Shown in pieces: positions 40,706-53,842 of a stretch of DNA of 64,000 bases. The stretch is from Somniosus microcephalus. Its lineage: Eukaryota. The notes under the pieces were generated by a model, which did not search any database, was not told the DNA's origin, and saw only the letters and a list, made by a program, of their open reading frames with translations. Every line of letters begins with the position of its first letter. The stretch's first letter is position 1. The stretch is taken from contig CM126220.1 of the NCBI GenBank assembly GCA_052327205.1, positions 11,098,001 to 11,162,000 on the forward strand, in the 5' to 3' direction. A program made the position numbers and the translations under genes.

Positions 40706-41168
40706 CAGGAAACTTTGGTTTATCCGGAGGTTGAATGTCCAGAAACCTCGATCCACCGGCAGAAATCAGGAGCCGTTTTGTTAGTTTTTTTTTTCTTCTT
40801 GTGACTTTTTTTTTCAACAGTCAGGCTCTGCAAAGTCTCTCTGAAGCTGTTGCTAAGCTACAGAGACGCTTCCAAGGTACAGGCCGACTGTTTAGAAGCT
40901 GTTGCTAAGCAACAATGTTTGTTGCCAGATACGGAGGTTTTTTTTCTTCTCGTGGCTTTTTTTTCCAACAGTCAGGCTCTGCAAAGTCTCTCTGAAGCTG
41001 TTGCTAAGCTACAGAGACGCTTCCAAGGTACGGGCCGACTGTGTAGAAGCTGTTGCTAAGCAACAGTGTTTGTTGCCAGATACGGAGCTGAAAACCTCCG
41101 TATGCTTCAACATTAGCGCTGGTTTGTCCGGCAGTTTTGATAGATCGGCAACAGCTCAGTCCCATCGG
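40706..41168. mobile_element. Tc1/mariner-type MITE (inverted homolog of 20691-21026) with an internal 151-bp duplication, running into the gap
   Basis: TA|CAGGAAACTTTGG start; repeated block at 40815 and 40966. Confidence 0.85.
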
Positions 41169-41298
41169 NNNNNNNNNNNNNNNNNNNNNNNNNNNNNNNN
41201 NNNNNNNNNNNNNNNNNNNNNNNNNNNNNNNNNNNNNNNNNNNNNNNNNNNNNNNNNNNNNNNNNNNNNNNNNNNNNNNNNNNNNNNNNNNNNNNNNN
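41169..41298. other. Assembly gap (130 N)
   Basis: Run of N. Confidence 1.
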
Positions 41299-41570
41299 TA
41301 GAAGTGATCAAATGGTAGCATTGTGAGAGAGTGTGAATGGGACCTGCATGTATGTGAGTGAGAGAATGTCCATGGATGGGAGCACCATGTGAGTGAGTGT
41401 GAGTGCATGAATAGTACTGCAGTGAGAATGAGTGCGTGAGAGTGACTACGAATGGGAGGACCAAGTGCGTGTGTAGCAGAACCTTGACAGTGAGTTGGCG
41501 TGCTGTGTCCGTGCATGTGACTGCGGGGGTGGGAGTGAGTACACTTTTACTGGCAATCGCACAAGAGTGC
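41299..41570. repeat. Degenerate GAGTGT/TG-rich low-complexity repeat
   Basis: Recurrent GTGAGTGAG/GTGTGA units next to the gap. Confidence 0.6.
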
Positions 41571-41910
41571 ATAGTTTAATGGAAGAGTGGAGACTTCAAC
41601 ATGGAACCAACTTGGAGCCAGAACAGGTCTCCGTAGAGGCCAGACATTTAAATATATATATATATATTTTCCCCGATCCATTAAAATTTTGACAAAAAAA
41701 CCCTTTCATTCAGTATCTTACGGTTGCAATGATGGGACTATTCCTCAATCCACATCTCTGCAACAGACTTGCTCTTTTCACTGAAGCAAAGAGAATTTTT
41801 TTCCCCCAAAGAGCAAGGCTGCGGTCTTGCCCGGCCCCCTCCCGCCACGTGCATGGGGGTGAGGGAGGCTGAGCTAGTCATATTCTTCCCTTCCCCAATT
41901 AAAGAGAAAA

Positions 41911-42380
41911 GAAAAAAAGATAGACTTGCATTTCTATAGCGCCTTTCATGAACACCAGACATCCCAAAGCGCTTTACAGCCAATTGAAGTGTAGTCACTG
42001 TTGTAATGTAGGAAACACAGCAGCCAATTTGTGCACAGCAAGCTCCCACAAACAGCAGTGTGATAATGGCCAGATCATCTACTTTACTGATGTTGATTGA
42101 GGGATTACTATTGGCCAGGACACCGGGGAGAACTCCCCTGCTCTTCTTCGAAATAGTGGCCATGGGTTCTTTTACGTCCCACCTGAGAGGGCAGACGGGG
42201 CCTCGGTTTAACGTCTCACCCGAAAATGGCACCTCTGATAGTGCAGCACTCCCTCAGCACTGCACTGGAGTGTCAGCCTGGATTTTTTTTGTGCTCCAGT
42301 TTCTGGAGTGGGACTTTAAACCCACAACCTTCTGACTCAGAGGAGAGAGAGAGCGTTACCCACTGAGCCATGGCTGACAC
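41911..42380 (-). mobile_element. SacSINE1/DeuSINE-like SINE, full length
   Basis: Reverse complement of the 25243 and 53843 copies, from GACTTGCATTTCTATAGCGCC to CCACTGAGCCATGGCTGACAC. Confidence 0.92.
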
Positions 42381-44375
42381 CCCCAATTTTAGATATCGGC
42401 TTGGCCATTTCCTGCAGGCCACAGTAAGACCAGCTTTCTATTCACACAATCCTGGATGTAAAACAGCCCCATTATTTTCACTGAGCAGCACAAAAATTGT
42501 TTCTGAAGAAAGAGGCTTCGCTGCTCGGGACTGATTGACGCTCAAATTCTGGTCGGGCTTCCTGACTGTCAGGGCAGTGAGGACACCACTGGAATGCTCT
42601 GCACATGTACAGAATCAAGTGAATGGAAAACACCAAAGTCCGAATGCAGTTGAAGCTTGCAGTCTATAAAATGGGTGCTCCAACCGTTCCAATTCATGAT
42701 TTTGAACTCCTAGTCATCCTCTGCCCACATGGGAAATCCAGGACCAAGCTGTGTGGTGGATCAGTTGGAAATGATTGCTAGTCGCTGGGATTCCTCCCAC
42801 TGAGCTCCATATAACTGTACAAGCCAATGGCCTAATGGTTAGGGTGACCACAGCTAAGTTCCATGTATGTTGGACCATTTTAAAGTAGGACTGTATTTGC
42901 ACTGTTGGTGACTGTGGTCTGAATAATATTAGAAGGTGTGGGCAGGACAGGGTGCTTGTGGTGTTACTTCACGGGGTTGCACGCATGGCCACATTTCTAT
43001 ATCTAAGTGAAGTGTTTGTAGGTCCCTGAATGTGACCACACTACCTGAATGAGCTGGTTGCAAACCTTGGGCAGGATAGGTGATGTCCTTGGAAGGCATT
43101 TTTTAGACTGAACACCATTTAACAAAACCTCTTCACTATCCTGCCCACACCCATCTGATGCTGCAACATGTTTGCCTGCCAGGAGGACAAAGAGACAACC
43201 TGTTTTGTGGGTTCGTCAGTCAGCTACTAGGAGGCATGTGCCAGTGACCTTGCTGGTGGTTTTTCCCCCTAGTAAGGAAGTGGCAAGCATTGGAAATTAC
43301 AGACGTAAACCTACATCCCTCTGCACCATGATGCTGCGAGTTGCTCTTGTGCAGCCATTCTAAGAACACTTCCGTTTGTTAAAGTGCGTGTGGAAGTGTG
43401 AGTGCGCCACTTCCCTTTGCCTTCCACCATGCTAGTTTGTGCCATCTGCCATGCTAACCGTACAAAGACTAATAGTCACACATTAATTCCTGATTGCACA
43501 TTGTAATTCCCAAGCAGCTGTCCCGGAGGTGCTGCCACATTCATAGTCGCGCTTTTTTTTTTTTACACGCACATAACCTGCACAGAATCTGAACCCCACA
43601 CACTGCAGAGGAATTTCCCAGAGATTTTCCTGAATTGGCCACAGGTTTCTTTTGCTGTTCTTGCTGCTCTCGGGAGGTAGTGTGGTTGGGGGTGAGTCAG
43701 GAGTCTACGTGTTTGCACCCTGTCTGGATGGGCCTGATGGTCTTTTTCCGCCCTTTTCATACATTTGTGTGTATGAATATTCTAAGTTCATGTGAAATTT
43801 AAACCTTATCAAAACACAAGTATTGGAATGCTTTATAGATTGAGAGGAAATGAGAAACACACCAGTTAACGACATGCTTAAGAAAATTATTGTCACATGT
43901 TAGATTTTAGTAACTTGAAGCTAGCCATAGCTCCTTTAATTAACCTTACTATTGAAGCCATGCTAATATTTTTACCCTGTAATGTCTTGAGGTATATATA
44001 AAGTATATATTGCAGCTGCTTTTTTCCCCCAAATTATTTAATCATTTTAACTTCCTGAAGATAAAGTTATGTAGAAGTAAAGCAGCAGATGCGACGGGTT
44101 TTGCAAAAGCTTAGATTGTTGTTTGTCTGGGCATATTTTAACGTTTATTTACATACATTAAAGATGCAGTGGCCTCCTTATATTTTTTTCGAAGAGGTAA
44201 GAGCTGAAGAAATTTGCCTGTGGGGGAAAAACGAACCTCGCACCATTCATTTTGAACACTCTTAACTTTTTGCAGCAGTGTGTATGGACTGCGCAGTATC
44301 TACACAGGCCCGCACAATGCTGCAGCTTTCTACTGTAGCAATTGTAAATATCTTCAAGATGGACGCGGTGACAAC

Positions 44376-44539
44376 CAATGTTCCCTCTAAATAAATTCTT
44401 TTGTGCCCGGTACCTTTAGGTTTGTTGGAGACAGCCGCACTCGCGCAGTATCTTAGAGGGAACAGCCTGTGAGCGACCTGCGCGGTACCTTCCCAATTGC
44501 TGTGCGGCAGCACATGTGCACAGCTTAGAGGGAACATTG
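44376..44539. mobile_element. hAT-type MITE, related subfamily, copy 3
   Basis: CAATGTTCCCTCTAA...TTAGAGGGAACATTG; TSD GTGACAAC / GTGACGGC (6 of 8 match). Confidence 0.85.
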
Positions 44540-45304
44540 GTGACGGCCCCTTTCTCTAAACCTATATATATGGAAGAAATATTGGCTGCTGTAGCTTTAA
44601 TTTGAATGACAGTTACAATATACCTAAATTAATTTTCCCCATAGTTTTCGTGTGTTTCCAGTAAATGGGGAGAAATATGAGGCATTTCACTTAAATTCGT
44701 CACAATGCAGCATTAAATCCCGGCGAGTTAGGTTAAAATTACCCCCTAAATGTCGGGGGGAAAATGGAAGTTCGACACGGGGGCATTCTTTCAACCCTGT
44801 GAGAATAAGAAACCCGTGAGAGATAAATTGAGCATGAAATCATAAGGGCTAGGTGTTCCGCCCTTGCATTGACAATGGATGGTAAATCTAGCTCTGGGAT
44901 CTGAAAACCAGCTTAACCAAAAAGTCTGGATATTTTCAGTTGCAGCATTTGAATAAATGAACAGGTGCAGAACAAAAACACCTGCTCTCTCATCTTTGGA
45001 CTTTATTTTTTAAGTGACATATAAATGTTCTTTTTGACCAGTTTTTGAAAGGATTGTATTCATTGAGACAAGTTTTATTAGGAAGCTGATTTTGTAGTTT
45101 TGAGCGTCGGGAGAGGAAACAAGATGCTGCCTGGTTTTAAAGTGAGCTGTTTCTGCAAGTAAGCCTTCATAAAGAAAGATCAGCACCAGCTCTGGGTAAA
45201 TCCCACCTAGATTCAGCCTGCAAAATGCAATGTGTGTTCTCAGACCTCAAAGATGGGCTTTTCTACAAGTGGCTGAATACATGTTAAATCCATGTTTTTT
45301 TCAG

Positions 45305-45388
45305 ATCCATTCAGTAGATCAAACACCTACGGTGGCCTTGGAAACCTCAGCACCAGTGCCTTTGGAGGATTAGGCAATCCAGCACTTG
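45305..45388 (+). CDS. FBRSL1: FBRSL1 coding exon DPFSRSNTYGGLGNLSTSAFGGLGNPAL
   Basis: AFGGLG family motif; acceptor tttttttcag; donor G|gttagt. Confidence 0.95.
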
Positions 45389-46119
45389 GTTAGTACTTGT
45401 TTGTGTTGTAAATCTAAAGTACCATTATTCTTTGTGCTGTCAAAACAGTTGCTTAAGATAATGTATTTATTTAGGCAGCTGCACAGTTGCTTGTTTTGAC
45501 CGGCTTTGGCTGTTTGCCAGCGCATTTTCTTCATGCAAAATTTAGGTATTTTAATGGGCCGTTGCTATCTGAACATGTCTTGGCTGACATTTTGCCAAGT
45601 TTTTTTAAAAACGGAAGCATGCAATTGACGATGTGATGATATTGCATTGCTACTCCTGCCATCTAAATCTGGCGACTGTCGTCGCAGGGCAGATCACGTA
45701 GCAGCTGCCCCGTCAGTGTGAACACTCTTTGTCAACCAACACGGCAGGCGTTAGACGGACTTTTTACAGTTGACTGTGTTTCAGGAAGTCGACCTATCTG
45801 GGTGTAACCCAGCCTTTCAGGCTGCATGAGTGCAGGCCTTCACTGGTGTTGCTGTGTGGTAGAAATTGCGGTGAGATAGTGTATCTCCTATCTAGGCTAG
45901 CTGCCTCATCGGATGACCCCATTACAAATGAGCAACTCTGCATCTGTGGAAAGCCCAAGTATGAATGCCAGCTTGAGGCTGGAGTTCAAACCCAGCTCCC
46001 AAGAGTGTTTTTTTTTTGGTTTTTACAAATATAACATTTTGACTTGTACTTCATGTTATTTTTAAAAGGTCTGCCAACTACTTGATCGGTGTGCTTTCCT
46101 CCCTATTCCACTTTCTCAG

Positions 46120-46345
46120 CTTCCAACAGCATGTTTGGTCACAAAGAAGGTCCAGGTATACAGAGCCTCAACAACGCTCACGAGCCGTGGAACCGCCTCC
46201 ATCGAACGCCACCTTCATTTCCAACGCCACCACAGTGGCCAAAGCCAGGGGATTCTGAACGAAGCTCCTCAGTAACTAATCACGACAGAGATCGAGATTT
46301 GGAAAAAAGAGAATCTTCACTTAAAAGTGACAGAGAGAAAGAAAG
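46120..46345 (+). CDS. FBRSL1: FBRSL1 coding exon [10 protein letters not shown]...[22 protein letters not shown]...REKER
   Basis: [12 protein letters not shown] motif; acceptor ctttctcag; donor AG|gtacct. Confidence 0.95.
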
Positions 46346-47469
46346 GTACCTGCCCAACTAAAACTGCTCACCTGTTCAGTCGGAGTTTTCTAAAGGTAGC
46401 CTTCCCTGTGTGAACACTCGGCCTCCTCACTCCACCCGCTTCCTCCAGATATTAAAAGGTTAAATCCTGTTGACTCTTTGCGTGTTCCTCCTCTTCTGAC
46501 TCATGCTTTTGGGATGGTGCCCACCAGCACCCAAGTGGCCACTATGTGAGCATGGACAGGAACCTGTTGTGAGGGATTTAACCATGGGGGTTATCACAGC
46601 ACAGCTTGATCCAATCCTTGGGCAGTGTTCAGACTGTGCACTTGTAACAGATTTTTGGGTAGCAGTCAGCAAAGCCTAAATGACGAGCACTCCCTCTCTT
46701 CCCATCCCCGGCTTAACACATTAGGACCAATTGTAATGCCTCTGATGTTGATCTAATTCAACATAGAACATGAACAGAAACTAGATCCACCACGCTCAGT
46801 TATTTAGGACTAGACCATCTGGAATCTTTAGTCACTGATATGGTCACATGGTCCTGAGTTTATTTGACAATTCTGCCAGACTCTTGCCTTGACTCCGGAA
46901 TAGCCTAAAATTAGGTCAATACCTAGAACGTGAGGAGGTCCCAGCCTATGCTCGGAACCCCCACTCGGCCTGGTAAGGGGCGGAGCCTAGCCTACTTCTT
47001 CCAAGGCCAGTGACACAAAGGGGACATGGACTCCCTGCACTGGGACTTCCCGCTTCTCCGATCACAGTGGGACCCAGCGTTCATTCGGAAGAAGGGCATG
47101 AGTGGGCCCCATATTGGTGTGTGGAACCAAGCAGCTGTGAGCTGGAGTTTCCAGCAGGTTGAGGCTGCCAGTGGCCTGTGATGTGCCCGTACTGGCCTGG
47201 ATGCCCATGCTAATGGGATACCCTCTCAATGATCCTGCATATTGCAGCAAGTCAGAGCTGCAGGGCACGATTCCGGCCCGTGTAAAATCAGTAATGTGGA
47301 AGAGAATGTTAATGGTACAGAAATAATCCCTTAATTTGTAACGTTTTTTACAAGGAAGATAGGCAATGCAAATCTGGAAAGAAACAGAATATAAAAGTAT
47401 AAGATTAGTTTTAGAATAATGCCTCGCAAAATGCAGAGGTCTTTGGGAATCCCAACTCCAGGATATTCG

Positions 47470-47752
47470 TTAGAATCATAAGAATCTTATAGCACAGAAG
47501 GAGAATCTTATAACACAGAAGGAGGCCATTCAGCCCATCGTGCCTGTGCCGGCTCTTTGAAAGAGCTCTCCAATTTGTCCCGCTCCCCTGCTCTTTCCCC
47601 ATAGCCCTGCAATTTTTTCCTTTTCAAGTGTACGGCCAATTCCTTTTGGAAGGTTACTATTGAATCTGCTTCCACCATTCTTGCAGGCAGTGCATTCCAA
47701 ATCGTAACAACCCACTGCATAAAAGAAATTCTCCTCATCTCCCCTCTGGTTC
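47470..47752 (-). mobile_element. CR1 LINE 3' end
   Basis: Reverse complement of the 6345-6580 type; duplicated tail AGAATCTTATA(G/A)CACAGAAGGAG. Confidence 0.85.
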
Positions 47753-48120
47753 TTTATCCAAATGGTTTCTTTCTCTTTGTGGTATTTCTGACTTAACGAT
47801 ACTGGTATGCTTTGCCCACTGATGAAATCCAGCTAATGCTCAGTTATTTGTAAGTTTTAAAGCTTTGCATAGTTGCAAGACGGAAAATTTAATTCTGGGA
47901 ATATGCAGCTGTCCGTCAGCATCTGTAAAGAGAAAAGACAGCTTAACTTCCTGAAGGGGCTGCACCCAACATTTCTCTTTAAAAGTGCAGACTGACCTGC
48001 TGGACATTACCAGCATTTTATAGGAAAGATGGCTTGCCTAAAAACCTTGCAGAGTTCCCGCACTTGTCAGGTTCACTAGATTTGGAGTCGATAGCCAGAT
48101 TACCAGATACATTTGAAATG

Positions 48121-48296
48121 AAAACAGAAAATGCTGGAAATACTCAGCCGGTCAGGCAGCATCTGTGGAGAGAGAAACAGAGTTAACGCTTCAGGTCTGT
48201 TTCTCTCTCCACAGATGCTGCCTGACCTGAGTATTTCCAGCACTTTCTGTTTTTATTTCAGATTTCCAGCATCCGCACTATTTTGCTTTTGTATCA
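48121..48296. repeat. Inverted pair of Penelope-like tails (fold-back)
   Basis: AAAACAGAAAATGCTGGAAATACTCAG...GCAGCATCTGTGGAGAGAGAAACAGA followed by its near reverse complement TCTGTTTCTCTCTCCACAGATGCTGCC...CTGAGTATTTCCAGCACTTTCTGTTTT. Confidence 0.85.
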
Positions 48297-48352
48297 GATA
48301 CATTTGTTTGCAGTATTACGCAGTTTGAAATAATTGGCATGTGTTTTTCTAG

Positions 48353-49571
48353 GGATGGAGTGGAAAAAAACAGGCACTCCAACAGATCGTCACCAGCGTC
48401 TGCCCCAGTCAACCACCAAATCAACAACCTCATCCACAGCAACAGCCGAAGCACTAATGATCCAAACCGACATCACAGCAGCGCTGAGCGAGATCGGTCA
48501 AAGGAGCTGGAGAGAGAGCACCTGGACCCACTGAGGGAGTTACCTGGCACCGAGCATAAAATCAAGGAGAACCGGTCACCAATAAAGGAAGGACAGAGCC
48601 ATGAGAGGAGGCTACCTGAGGACAACGCAAAGCCAGTTGTGAGACCCAATTCTCCATACAACAGAGCTGCACTGAGTGAAAGCATGAAGCTCAGCAATTC
48701 TATGAGCAAAGACATCGAAAGGAAGGCAGAGCCCTCCTGCGACCTTCAGAAAATAAAGAACGACGTAAAGATAAAAGAGGAGCGAAAGGAAGATAACGAG
48801 GTGATGGTGATCGGTTCGGACTCTTCGCAGCATTCCAGGAGCAGCGAGCCACCTCACCATACATCTATACACGGACTTCCACTGGGTCATTCTGTGGGCC
48901 CCATGCCCATTACGATGAGCAGCATCCACCAGATGAACAACATGAATGTGCTTGACCGTGCTCGGATGGTGACGCCCTTCATAGGTATGAACCCGCTGGC
49001 GGGAAGAGAACGACTAGCCCATCCCGGATTCTCTTGGGATCCTGTCCGAGATGCATACCGGAGCTTCGATTTGCACCGGAGGATGGAGTTCCCACTACGC
49101 ACAGATCCCATGCACAGATTCCCAACGGCGGCTGGTTACTATGAGCACGATCGGTCGTACAGAGACAGGGAGCCTCACGACTACAACCATGAGCACGTTC
49201 TGGAGGTCCGGCGTGAGCAGGAGCGCTTACGGCATGCAGACGAAAGAGAACGCTTACACCTACGGGAAGAGTTTGACCGTGCCAGGTTGCATGCCTTGCA
49301 TACATCAGCCATGGACAGTCACTTGGCACATGTGCCATCCTTTATGCCTCATTTAAGCGGAATGCACTACCCGAGGCTAAGTCCATCCACTGCCAATCAC
49401 AATGGGATTTTGAACAGGACCCCACCAACTGCAGCGTTGAGTGCCCCACCTCCTCTCGTACCAGCAGGCAGTGCTCGGTCTGTGTCTCCCCGTAGGACTA
49501 CCCCACTCACTAACTCAGAGTCCCGGGACTACTCCCCTTCTCGTAATCCCAAAGAAGTCGAGGCACGGTAG
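48353..49571 (+). CDS. FBRSL1: FBRSL1 terminal coding exon
   Basis: Long ORF with VKIKEERKED, YRDREPHDY, HYPRLSP and LSAPPPLV; C-terminus RDYSPSRNPKEVEAR* is the FBRSL1-type ending; acceptor tttttctag. Confidence 0.97.
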
Positions 49572-50200
49572 TTCTTGGACCTGTGAGAGCTGTCCTGTGT
49601 ATGAGATCTTTTGATTCAAACAATGCACTGCAACAAGAAGAGAACGCTGTAAATTTATAGAATTGAAGCACAGTTGGGAGGGTTAAAACGTCTGAACTTT
49701 GATACCATAAAATTGCTTATAATTGGAATTAATATATTATCAATTATAAATCTCTAGATTTCTTTGTGCAGAGAAGAATTCTGAAATCATGTTTGTACAT
49801 TTTTCCAATATTTGAAATCTAATTTGTATGGATTTGTAATTTTATTGTTTCACTTTTATTTGTTTGCTTTTAAGTTTTGTGTTCTGTTTTCCAGCAGTTC
49901 CAGGCCTCAGACTATTTTAATAATACCCAGGGTTTGCTATGGTATTATTTATCAAGATACCAATTTACAATGAATCCACTGTGAGGTTCCATATTGAGGC
50001 CAAAAAAATGACTTTCCTTTATTTGGTTCCCAAAAATGTCTGTGTACTCTGAGAAATGTACAAATCTGAATTTGTTTTGCCTTATTAACGATTACAAGAT
50101 ATGCAGAAGAGGTCCTTGTGGTTCCTGTACAAATGTAAATACTCTGTTGATACTCAGAACATGCTAATTAAATTCTTTACTTAGGTAGCCTTTATAAAGG
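49572..50200 (+). other. FBRSL1: Probable FBRSL1 3' UTR; candidate poly(A) signal ATTAAA at 50167-50172
   Basis: U-rich and repeat-free; Pumilio-type TGTAAATA at 50134-50141. The true 3' end cannot be determined here. Confidence 0.55.
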
Positions 50201-51510
50201 GTTTCTGAAACCAGAACAGCTCACTGGATATTTGTAACACACAGTTATTCCTATAGTCTCACGTGGAAGTGTGCTTGAAGCTCAGTTTCAGAGAAGCATA
50301 TTCAATTCAAACTATGCAAGAACCGCAGGCAGGTCTTTCACAAAGGCTGCGCATCCAAACGAATGGCAACACACAGTGGGGGAACACCGCTGCGTGCAAC
50401 AGGGGGACAAAATATAAATCCATTAAGCAGACACGGAACAGACTGCATTTACGAGAGAGGGAGGGAGAGAAGAAAACTGTTGGACCAATGAGGCACCAGT
50501 TCAGAGAGAGGCTTTATTTCTCGATCCACAACACAGACAGTAATGATCAACATTGTATTGGGCAGAAATTCTTAGTGGCTGGCAAGGACATTCAGTGTGG
50601 GCCTTGTGTAATTGTGCAGTGTTTTTATGGAATCTGTATACAAGACAAAGTAGTATTTTAGGAATCAAAAATCTCATGGTAACATTTCTGATAAAATACT
50701 GTTAGCAATTAAGTCCTTAAACAGATGTTTCTTGCAGTGTGGTTCTGGCTGAACTACTCTGCATGACTCTTTATTTCTTGGTCATATGTAAATTTTGCCA
50801 TGTTTTACTTGCTGGACAAAAAAAGCAGCATCTGTGTTTATATATCTGGGCTTTTACTCTGTAGTTACTTCATACATCAAGCTGCCATTTCCTCCTTTCT
50901 GCTCTGTACTTTGGTTTCTGTATTTTAAACAGACTTGATTCCTGTAGATCAATGAGACAAATACAGCATTGATTTTGGACAAAATGGTTTTGTTTGTTTG
51001 TTGTGTCCGAGATCGCACCGATTGTTAACACTACCACTTGTGAGCTGTTGATGCCAAGTTGTTTTGACAATCCCCGCGCAGTGATTCTGTCTGCCTGTGA
51101 CAATTTTTTTTTAATCTTCAGAGAAATATATGGTCGGCAGTTGCAATAGAGGCTCTGGAGTAGGGGGCGGGGGGGGAAGCCTCAACAGTAACGCTGGCTC
51201 TTGTTTCTCTGCTCATTCCCTATGTGAAATAAGCCAGTATTGCATTCGCAGTCTCTCTTCCTGTTTCACGTTGTGAGACATAATATATTGTGAATCTCGC
51301 TGCAATTCTCTCAACACAACTTATGACAGGTCCCATCATCTATCCAACCTACACCAAGCTCACAAGGTAACTGTGTGAAGAAGCAGTACTGCCCATCCTC
51401 TGTTTCATTGTCTTCAGCATTCACAAAGACTTCCTTGTTATTGATGCATTTGTACCAAGACCTTATTCCCCCTCCATCCTGTAAAAACCAGCATGTGTTC
51501 ATTTCCTTTT

Positions 51511-51738
51511 AGATGCGGAGAGGCCGTTTCCCCTGGCTGGAGAGTCGAGGATTAAGGGGCCGGCTGTTTACACTCAAGACTGAGATCAATAGATTTTTGG
51601 GCACAAAGGGAATCGAGGGATATGGGAATAGGGTGGAAAAGTGGAGTTGAGGTAGAAGATTAGCCATGATCTTATTGAATGGCGGAGCAGGCTCGAGGGG
51701 CCGAATGGCCTACTGCTGTTATTTCTTATGTTCTTATG
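51511..51738 (+). mobile_element. CR1 LINE 3' fragment, internally deleted (same family as 76-746)
   Basis: AGATGCGGAGAGGCCGTTTCCCCTGGCTGGAGAGT...GAATGGCCTACTGCTGTTATTTCTTATGTTCTTATG. Confidence 0.85.
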
Positions 51739-51914
51739 AATATTTAAACCAAGTCTGCATTCACTGACGATTGGCTCTAACATATTGTGAAGTAGTTGCT
51801 CATGGTTTTGGTGTGTTTTTATTTTTGAAAAAAAGGTTCTATTGGTTATACCACGCAAAGAACGTCTATATGCATCGCACTGACGATTTCGTGCTTTAAA
51901 AGCCTGGAATATGG

Positions 51915-52310
51915 AGCCCAGTAGCGCAGCTAGTCAAGTCAGTGAGTTGCTAAACCATGTAGACCTCAGATTCGATCCCCATTCTATGCTGAGTTAGCTG
52001 ATGTCAGCTCGTGCAACATCAAGGAAGGCTGCAATTGGCCTCAACGCTCCTGGGTTAGAGAGGGGAAAATCAGCCATGCTTTCCACTCCTTATAGCACAA
52101 CCATCTGCTCGAAATATGCATTTGGACACCAGGTGAGGATAGTATCTGACTCCTCCATGACTCCCCAAGCAGTCACGTAACCCAACGATGCTCACTGTAA
52201 CCCAATAATATTTGCTGTCCAGGCTCGCATATGGAGAATGGCCACTTGATTGAGGTGCTCAAGCATGGAACTGCAAGAAAAGTCCATGTCTTCAGCAGCA
52301 GGGAAGAGAA
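51915..52310 (+). mobile_element. Old tRNA-derived SINE-like repeat
   Basis: TAGCGCAGCTAG (A-box-like), GATTCGATCCCC (B-box-like), then TGCTGAGTTAGCTGAT...GGGGAAAATCAGCC; similar pieces at about 4370, 46460-46800(-) and 52420-52640(-). Confidence 0.55.
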
Positions 52311-52691
52311 TTGGCAGATAGAGAGAGGTGAACCTCCATCACGATCCCCTCAGGTCTGCTTCTTGACATAATCTAAATGCATTTAACTCCCTTAAATTAA
52401 CTTGAAAGTTCATACCCACCAGCAGATCCAGTCTCTGCTCAGCTGACTGCAGTGGGGTAAAAGTAAGGATGCCATAGTTGCCTTCAGCACCCTTGGTTTT
52501 GGGGGTGGGAGAAATAAACCAGCCAGGATTTCCGCTCCTGATCGCTGCAGAATAACCCTGGCTAGGAACTGCGCTCTTGTGAACGTCATATGAGGACAGC
52601 ACCGGGCTTGCCTGTCGTGGCTCTCCATAGTCAACAGGCCACTGATACACAGGAAGAATGATTTCTTGAGTTATGTACTGGATAATGAATC

Positions 52692-53530
52692 AGTCCGTGC
52701 CTGCAGCAGCACGACCTGGACAACATTCAGGCTTGGGCTGATAAGTAGCAAGTAACATTTGCGCCACGGATGTGCCAGGCAATGACCATCTCCAACAAGA
52801 GAAGGTCTAACCATCTCCCCCTGACATTCAATGGCATTACCATCGTCGAAACCCCTACCATCAACATCCTGGGGGTCACCATTGACCGGAAACGTAAGTG
52901 GATCAGCCACATAAATACTGTGGCTACAAGAGCAGGTCAGAGGCTGCGTATTCTGCAGCAAATGGCTCACCTGACTCCCCAAAGCCTTTCACCATATACA
53001 AGGCACAAGTAAGTTGTGTGATGGAATACTCTCAACTTGCCTGGATGAGTGAAGCTCCAACAACACTTGGAAGTTCTACACCATCCAGGACAAAGCAGTC
53101 CGCTTGATTGGCACCCCAACCACTGCCTTAAACATTCACTCCCTCCACCACCGACGTACCGTGGCTGCAGTGTGTACCATCTACAAGATGCACTGCAGTA
53201 ACTCGCCAAGGCTTCTTCGGCAGCACCTCCCAAACCCGCAACCTCTACCACCTAGAAGGACCAGAGCAGCAGGCACATGGGAACACCACCACCTCCAAGT
53301 TCCCCTCCCAAATCGCACACCATCCTGACTTGGAAATATCGGACGTTCCTTCATCGCCGCTGGGACAAAATCCTGGAACTCCCTCCCTAACAGCACTGTG
53401 GGAGTACCTTCACCACATAGACTGCAGTGATTCAAGAAGACGGTTCACCACCGCCTTCTCGAGAGCAATTAGGGATGGGCAATGTTGACCTTGCCAGCAA
53501 CGCCCACATCCCACGGATGAATAGAAAGAA
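52692..53530 (+). mobile_element. CR1-group non-LTR retrotransposon 3' fragment (second family)
   Basis: DLDNIQAWADK...NILGVTID...IYKAQV..VMEYS RT C-terminus with stops and frameshifts; tail GCCAGCAACGCCCACATCCC also seen at about 40590-40630. Confidence 0.85.
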
Positions 53531-53842
53531 GACAGCTGCTGACCACTGTGAGACAGCCTTCAGGAGAGGAATAACGCTCTGCCATCTTGCCTCTTCCAAT
53601 GTCTCTGCCTCTTTAGAAGGACTGCGGTCAGGTCTTGGATTTTCTGAAGTGTTGCTAACATTTCCTTGGACTGAAATCTCTGAATCAAGTTATAAATGCC
53701 CTAATGCTCCATTTGCCCTGGTAATTGCTGCTGTTCAACATCTTTAGAATTTTGTCAACTTTCTGTTTTATCTCATTTATCCATATATTGTGTATATTTG
53801 TAATTTTGGATCAATATGCACCAGCTATGCTCTTCACGTCTT

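Noticed and set aside
40902-41572. ORFs of 138-170 aa spanning the N run
   Set aside because: Artefacts of translating across the assembly gap and low-complexity DNA.
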